DNA of 30,810 bases from Acutalibacteraceae bacterium (lineage in GTDB: Bacteria; Bacteroidota; Bacteroidia; Bacteroidales; UBA932), in assembly GCA_963636615.1 (NCBI GenBank), contig CAVHKR010000002.1, positions 1-30,810 on the forward strand. Reading direction: 5' to 3'. Below, one piece after another: positions 25,885 to 30,810 of this stretch. Every line of letters starts with the position of its first letter. The first letter of the stretch is position 1. The translations under genes and the position numbers were made by a program. Below the pieces are notes generated by a model that was given only the letters and a program-made list of their open reading frames with translations, did no database searches and was not told where the DNA came from.

Positions 25885-27234
25885 TTACCATTTCTTAATT
25901 CCGAACTTTGAATGACCAGATAGTTTGAATTCTATAGGAATTGAGATTTTTACGCTAACTTTTTCACCGTGTAGTTCTGCCGGTTTCCATTTTGGAGATG
26001 AGGATACAACTTTAACGGCTTCCTCATCCAATACGGCCGTAACACCTCTCACAACAGTTACATCCCTTACATTTCCGCTCTTGTCTACAATAAACTCCAC
26101 AACAACTTTTCCGCTGCTTCTCTCCTTAATGCTTGCTTTAGGGTATTTGAGATATTTATAGACCCATTTGTCTATGAACTGCCTCTCATCCCCATGGAGG
26201 AACATTGCTTTTTTGTCTACATCGCGTTGAGCGTAGATAGTCTCACCGTCAGATGCAACAGATGTCTTTACTGTTGTTGGTGCGCTTTGTACTGTTTCCG
26301 TATTGGCTATCTCTAAGGCAAATGAGTAAATATATTCAGATAATGCTGCCATCTGACTGTAATTCAACTTATCGGGAGTATCGTAAATTGAGTGGTAGTC
26401 TTTGTGGAGACCTGTGGTAAACAGCACTGTGGGAATCCCCTTGTCATAAAATGTCCTGTGGTCAGAGGGGAAATAGTCTGTCTGTGATATTTTGGGGGCT
26501 ATCAATGAGGCGCTTCTCTGCGAGGTTCCCTCCAAAGCCTCTTTGATTTGGGTATCCTGTACAACGGTATATGCCTGTACGGGATTGCCTGTTCCGCTCC
26601 TCCCAACCATATCTATATTAATCATCATTACAACCTTCTCCATTATATCCTTGAATGAGTTGTTGGCAAAATACCAGCTTCCGGTCATTCCGGCCTCTTC
26701 TCCTCCAAAGAATGCAAATATGACAGAACGTTTGAACAGGTATTTGTTAAGGTCTGTGTATTTTGCTATTTCAATGGCTACGGAGACTCCCGATGCGTTA
26801 TCATCTGCACCGGGGTAGACCTGCACCTCCTCCCTCCCGTTGTGCATTATTACATTTGTGCCAAGGTGGTCGTAGTGTGCTCCAACAACAATATATTCAT
26901 TCTTGAGTTTTTGGTCGTACCCCTCAACTATGCCTATTATATTGGCGCTTCTTATGGTATCTCCGGGAGTATTTATTATAAGGTACTTATCCCCTTCCCG
27001 ATGGGTAAGCATTGTTATTCCTGCATCTGAGAGAGTGCTATAGATATATTGTGCGGCCATTCTCTCCCCTTGGCTGCCAATTTTCCTGCCCATGAGGGAA
27101 TCTGACGCGAGAATGGCTATGCTCTTTTTTATCGATGCCGATACCTCCTCTAATTCCTGGGCGGTTGCTCTTACCGGGCTAAATACTCCGCATAATGCGG
27201 CTGCAAGCAGGATAACAATTTTACCTCTTTTCAT
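25885..27234 (-). CDS. Secreted M28 metallopeptidase fused to a C-terminal TonB_C domain
   Basis: Signal peptide ATA|Q. Intact GAHYDH, GADDNASG, FGGEE, NIDMVG, SDH and DYH. C-terminal YLKYP...GKVVVEFIVDKSGNV...LDEEAVKVV...WKPA...G..V...IPIEF. Confidence 0.88.
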   Translation of the reverse strand: MKRGKIVILLAAALCGVFSPVRATAQELEEVSASIKKSIAILASDSLMGRKIGSQGERMAAQYIYSTLSDAGITMLTHREGDKYLIINTPGDTIRSANIIGIVEGYDQKLKNEYIVVGAHYDHLGTNVIMHNGREEVQVYPGADDNASGVSVAIEIAKYTDLNKYLFKRSVIFAFFGGEEAGMTGSWYFANNSFKDIMEKVVMMINIDMVGRSGTGNPVQAYTVVQDTQIKEALEGTSQRSASLIAPKISQTDYFPSDHRTFYDKGIPTVLFTTGLHKDYHSIYDTPDKLNYSQMAALSEYIYSFALEIANTETVQSAPTTVKTSVASDGETIYAQRDVDKKAMFLHGDERQFIDKWVYKYLKYPKASIKERSSGKVVVEFIVDKSGNVRDVTVVRGVTAVLDEEAVKVVSSSPKWKPAELHGEKVSVKISIPIEFKLSGHSKFGIKKW

Positions 27235-27268
27235 ATATAGTCTTGTCTGTTTGATTTGGCTTTGTCTG

Positions 27269-27631
27269 TCAGCCTCTTATGTAATGGGGCATATCTTTGT
27301 CCAATACAATTGAGATCTCAACTAACCCGGCTATATTGCCATTTTTATACCAAGGTGTCTGGTATATCAGTTTTTTCTGACCTTTTTTCTCTATGGTATA
27401 GGCGTTGTGGGCTCCCGTGGCGAGCAGTCTCTGGATTGTCTCCCAAGAGGAGGGTTGGTGGCACTCCTTTAGGTTTTTCCCAATAAGGTTGCCTCTTGCT
27501 GCGAATACCTCTCGTGAGCAGCGGTTCATATAAAGGACAAATCCCTCGCAATCACAAATTGTAACTGCGAAGGATACCTGTTCTGCCCAATCCATAATCT
27601 CTTCCAAGCATTTGGATTGTATGTTATTCAT
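27269..27631 (-). CDS. Stand-alone PAS-domain protein
   Basis: AVTICDCEG.VLYMN, LIGKNLKECH, NAYTIEK.G.KKLIYQTPWY..G...GLVE; 120 aa with no output domain. Confidence 0.8.
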   Translation of the reverse strand: MNNIQSKCLEEIMDWAEQVSFAVTICDCEGFVLYMNRCSREVFAARGNLIGKNLKECHQPSSWETIQRLLATGAHNAYTIEKKGQKKLIYQTPWYKNGNIAGLVEISIVLDKDMPHYIRG

Positions 27632-27642
27632 AATCTGTTAAG

Positions 27643-28749
27643 TTATTTTGTGTAAAAAGGGGTCTTTACAACATTTGCTTTAAGCAGTTTCTCTCTCACC
27701 TTTATATAGATAACAGATCCTGCTTTGTAGAGTGGTGCTGCAACATAGGCCATACCTATGGCTTTCCCAACAGAAGGGGCTACTGTTCCCGATGTAACAA
27801 AACCTATTACATTGCCCTCTGTATCGCAGACTTCATAGCCGTGGCGTGCAACCCCTTTGTCTTCCAATATAAATCCGCAAAGTCTTCTCTTAAGACCGTC
27901 TGCTTTCTGTTTGAGCATATAGTCTTTGTCTAAGAAATCTCCCTTTACATCGTTGAATTTGGTAATCCAGCCGAGGTTTCCCTCAAGTGGAGAGGTTGTG
28001 TCATCTATATCGTTACCGTATAGACAGAAGCCCATCTCAAGACGCAGGGTATCTCTTGCTCCTAATCCTATAGGGCGTATCCCCTCCGGCTTGCCTGCTT
28101 CAAATACTGCTGTCCAGAGTTTGTCTGCATCATAGTTTGCAACGTAAACTTCACATCCGCCTGCTCCGGTATATCCTGTAGTAGAGAAGATAGCCTCTTT
28201 AATACCGCCAACGGAGCATTTCTTAAAGGTATAGTACTCCATGTCCTCTACATTTGTGTCACAGATTCTCTGCATTATCTTAAGTGCATTTGGCCCTTGG
28301 ATTGCCAACTGGCAGATCTCGTCAGATGCGTTATATAACTCTTTTCCGGGGGTAATATCAAATTGTGGAGCTATCTTGCAAAGGTGATTCCAGTCTTTTT
28401 CAATGTTTGCTGCGTTAACTACAAGTAGATATGTCTTGCTATCTATCATATACACCAAAAGGTCATCTACAATTCCACCTTGGCCATTAGGGAAGCATGA
28501 GTATTGTACCTTGCCCGGATACAGCGCAGCAACATCGTTAGAGGTTACATATTGCAGGAATTTAAGGGCATTCGGGCCTTTTACCCAGAATTCTCCCATG
28601 TGCGATACATCAAATACGCCAGCGTTGTTTCTAACTGCAAGGTGCTCATCTTTAATGCCTACATACTCTATAGGCATGTTATAGCCGGCAAATGGAGCCA
28701 TCTTGGCACCAAGATCTATGTGTCTTTGTGTAAATGGAGTTGTTTTCAT
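27643..28749 (-). CDS. gcvT: Glycine cleavage system aminomethyltransferase T
   Basis: [31 protein letters not shown] and [13 protein letters not shown]. Confidence 0.97.
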   Translation of the reverse strand: MKTTPFTQRHIDLGAKMAPFAGYNMPIEYVGIKDEHLAVRNNAGVFDVSHMGEFWVKGPNALKFLQYVTSNDVAALYPGKVQYSCFPNGQGGIVDDLLVYMIDSKTYLLVVNAANIEKDWNHLCKIAPQFDITPGKELYNASDEICQLAIQGPNALKIMQRICDTNVEDMEYYTFKKCSVGGIKEAIFSTTGYTGAGGCEVYVANYDADKLWTAVFEAGKPEGIRPIGLGARDTLRLEMGFCLYGNDIDDTTSPLEGNLGWITKFNDVKGDFLDKDYMLKQKADGLKRRLCGFILEDKGVARHGYEVCDTEGNVIGFVTSGTVAPSVGKAIGMAYVAAPLYKAGSVIYIKVREKLLKANVVKTPFYTK

Positions 28750-28774
28750 TTATCTGTTTTTATTTTTATTAAGG

Positions 28775-29272
28775 TTAATTATTCTTAAAAATCCATAATT
28801 CATCGGGAGAGAGAGCATATTTCTCTATGCGTTTCAGTGCGTTCTTGGCCTCTTCCAATGTTGTGCTTTCTCCTGCGCATACAAATACGCTTCCGTCGTT
28901 TCTGTCTATTTCAACAGGCTTTTCCTCTCTTTCTGTGAGCAGTCTCTTCATGTTGTCTATATTGGCCTGTTCTCTATATCTGCCAAGTACAACATAGTAT
29001 TTCCCTTCTGTTATATTCTGCTGTTCTACAGAGTTTGCATCTACAGGGAAGATTGGGTTATTTTGGGTATAACAGGCAGTGGTGTCTGCTGTCTCCTTTG
29101 CTGTTGAATCTGCTTTTTCTCGTGCTGCCTCCTCCTTAAGGTCTCTCCACATCTGATCTAACTGGTGGGATGTGGGCATGTTGAATAGTGCGCGTATGCG
29201 GTCGCAACTTAGGAGAGTACTGCAGACGCAAAACACAAGAAGTAATTTTAAGATAGAGAAGTTTCGTCTCAT
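28775..29272 (-). CDS. SPOR-domain lipoprotein
   Basis: Lipobox LLS|C, low-complexity linker and a C-terminal YYVVLGRYRE.AN...WI SPOR-like pattern. Confidence 0.7.
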   Translation of the reverse strand: MRRNFSILKLLLVFCVCSTLLSCDRIRALFNMPTSHQLDQMWRDLKEEAAREKADSTAKETADTTACYTQNNPIFPVDANSVEQQNITEGKYYVVLGRYREQANIDNMKRLLTEREEKPVEIDRNDGSVFVCAGESTTLEEAKNALKRIEKYALSPDELWIFKNN

Positions 29273-29290
29273 GGGATAAATATATCTCTA

Positions 29291-29321
29291 CAAATATAGA
29301 ATTAATTGGCTAAATATCAAA
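29291..29321 (-). promoter_or_regulatory. Promoter TTTG-N19-TATATTTG for SPOR-gcvT-PAS-M28::TonB
   Basis: Exact Bacteroidota -33/-7 consensus on the minus strand. Confidence 0.7.
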
Positions 29322-29336
29322 AAAAATGTATATTTG
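29305..29336 (+). promoter_or_regulatory. Divergent promoter ATTG-N20-TATATTTG for the DUF389 gene
   Basis: Exact -7 element and near-consensus -33 element; overlaps the opposite promoter. Confidence 0.6.
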
Positions 29337-29381
29337 AAACTGTTAACGGGGTCTGTTTGTCTAATACTAAGGTATATCTGT

Positions 29382-30713
29382 ATGACAACATTGCTTAAAA
29401 GGATAAAGGAAAGAGTGGGTATGTCCAATGATCTGAATGTGGAGGCTGCCCGGGAGTTTATAAAATCTCATATAGAGGTCAGAGGGGCCGGTTTGTGGCT
29501 TCTGATGTTTGCAATAATTGTTGCAAGCGTTGGACTTAATGTAAACTCAATACCTGTTGTTATAGGAGCAATGCTTATTGCACCGCTTATGGGTCCTATA
29601 ATGGGGATAGGGATGGCTTTGGGGATAAATGACGGATACCTTCTAAAGAGGTCGTTTGGCAATCTGTTGGTTATTACAGCTGTTGGTGTAGTGGTGTCTG
29701 CGGTCTATTTTTTTGTCTCTCCGTTAACATTAGATAATCCAACGGAGCTTCTTGCAAGAACCAATCCAACGATATATGATGTGCTTATTGCGTTTTTTGG
29801 TGGTTTGGGTGCTATCTTGGCAATCTGTATTAGAGAGAGGGGGAGCATAGTTGCCGGGGTGGTCATAGCAACTGCCCTGATGCCACCGCTCTGTACTGCG
29901 GGTTACGGCCTTGCAAATGGTAATCTTACATTCTTTTTGGGGGCAATATATCTTTATCTTATAAACTCTATATTCATTGCGTTTGCTACATTCATTACGG
30001 TTAGATACCTGCATTTCCCGTTAGTGAGGATTGCAGATGAGGCCAAGCAGAAACGGGTACACCGGATTATGACAATATGTACTGTAATATTGGTGATTCC
30101 GAGTGTCTATACGGCGGTTGTTATGATAAAGGAGAACAGGTTTGAGAGGAGTGCCAAGGAGTTTGTTGCTGCAAACAGGAATTTTGACAATTCTTATATT
30201 TACGATTACTCCATAAAGCATTTAGCCGGGAAACAGTCTGTCCTCACTATATCGGTGGCAGGTGAGCCTCTTAGTACACGGGAGAGAGGCCGTCTGTATG
30301 AGCAGTTGGATAAATTTAGTATCGGGAAGGAGCAGCTTAAAATAAATCAGACAACTACGGCTGTTAAGGATAATAGTTCAGACAAAGAGGTTGTGCAGAC
30401 AATTTTTGAGCAGAGTGAGCAGGAGATAAGCAAACGGGAGGCTACAATATTGCAGTTGGAGTCTGAACTAAGCAGGTATAAGGGGAAGGAGTTTCCGGTT
30501 AGGCAGATAGCAAGGGAGATCGAGGTGCAGTATCCTAATTTAATGTCGCTTTCGCTTCTCTCCGGTAGCTCTTTTAGTGAGAATGAGGTAAAGGAGGAGA
30601 CAATAGCGATTGTAAAATTCAGAGATCTGCTCTCTGACGAGCAGTTATCAAGACTAAAGGTATGGCTTGCCGTGAGGTTGGATGTAAAGGAGTTGAGGGT
30701 GATAGCGGAGTAG
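29382..30713 (+). CDS. DUF389 / TIGR00341-family membrane protein
   Basis: ASVGLNVNS.PVVIGAMLIAPLMGPI, ELLART.PT.YDVLIA and GVVIATALMPPL. Start placed at the ATG at 29382 because the TTG at 29334 lies within the -7 element. Confidence 0.88.
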   Translation: MTTLLKRIKERVGMSNDLNVEAAREFIKSHIEVRGAGLWLLMFAIIVASVGLNVNSIPVVIGAMLIAPLMGPIMGIGMALGINDGYLLKRSFGNLLVITAVGVVVSAVYFFVSPLTLDNPTELLARTNPTIYDVLIAFFGGLGAILAICIRERGSIVAGVVIATALMPPLCTAGYGLANGNLTFFLGAIYLYLINSIFIAFATFITVRYLHFPLVRIADEAKQKRVHRIMTICTVILVIPSVYTAVVMIKENRFERSAKEFVAANRNFDNSYIYDYSIKHLAGKQSVLTISVAGEPLSTRERGRLYEQLDKFSIGKEQLKINQTTTAVKDNSSDKEVVQTIFEQSEQEISKREATILQLESELSRYKGKEFPVRQIAREIEVQYPNLMSLSLLSGSSFSENEVKEETIAIVKFRDLLSDEQLSRLKVWLAVRLDVKELRVIAE

Positions 30714-30723
30714 GTTGTGTGTA

Positions 30724-30810
30724 ATGAAGAGATGTTCCTGCATATTCTGTTTTGTGGCGGCAGTGCTGTATCTCTCTGCTGTTGTTTTTTGTGGTTCTGC
30801 GCATGCACAG
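30724..30810 (+). CDS. 5' end (signal peptide) of a secreted protein running off the window
   Basis: MKRCSCIFCFVAAVLYLSAVVFCGSAHA|Q is a SPI signal with Gln at +1, 10 nt after the DUF389 stop, and stays open to the window end. Confidence 0.7.
   Translation, partial: MKRCSCIFCFVAAVLYLSAVVFCGSAHAQ

Overview
This window is mostly core chromosome of a Bacteroidales bacterium, judged from TAnnTTTG promoters, signal peptides ending in A-x-A|Q, D-(S/T)-hydrophobic O-glycosylation sequons and a Bacteroidota-type porin. Gene order: 3' end of an AlbA/RecG-C(HATPase_c_4)-type accessory gene, element-end-like repeats and a decayed C-GCAxxG-C-C gene; relA-type RSH, uvrA, uvrB, prfA and SIMPL (+); DUF4293, TPR and an M28-fold gene (-); nucleoside phosphorylase (+); tRNA-Gly(CCC) (-); LolC/E-type permease (+); pncB, porin and MltF-like lytic transglycosylase (-), divergent from an AmgK-like kinase/RapZ-C fusion and MurU-like nucleotidyltransferase (+); a small foreign-looking islet (FGE/SUMF1 lipoprotein plus a chimeric XRE-HTH relic); SPOR, gcvT, PAS and an M28::TonB_C fusion (-); DUF389 and the start of a secreted protein (+). 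I found no CRISPR array, reverse transcriptase, integrase or transposase. Best leads: (1) a secreted M28 peptidase fused to a TonB C-terminal domain; (2) a second M28 paralog lacking the catalytic Glu and a Zn-ligand His, coupled to TPR/DUF4293 genes behind a structured leader; (3) a sugar kinase fused to a RapZ-C domain with a CX5R motif in a cell-wall-recycling locus; (4) a 35/37-nt identical repeat between the two ABC signature motifs of uvrA. All family assignments come from motif recognition, not database searches.
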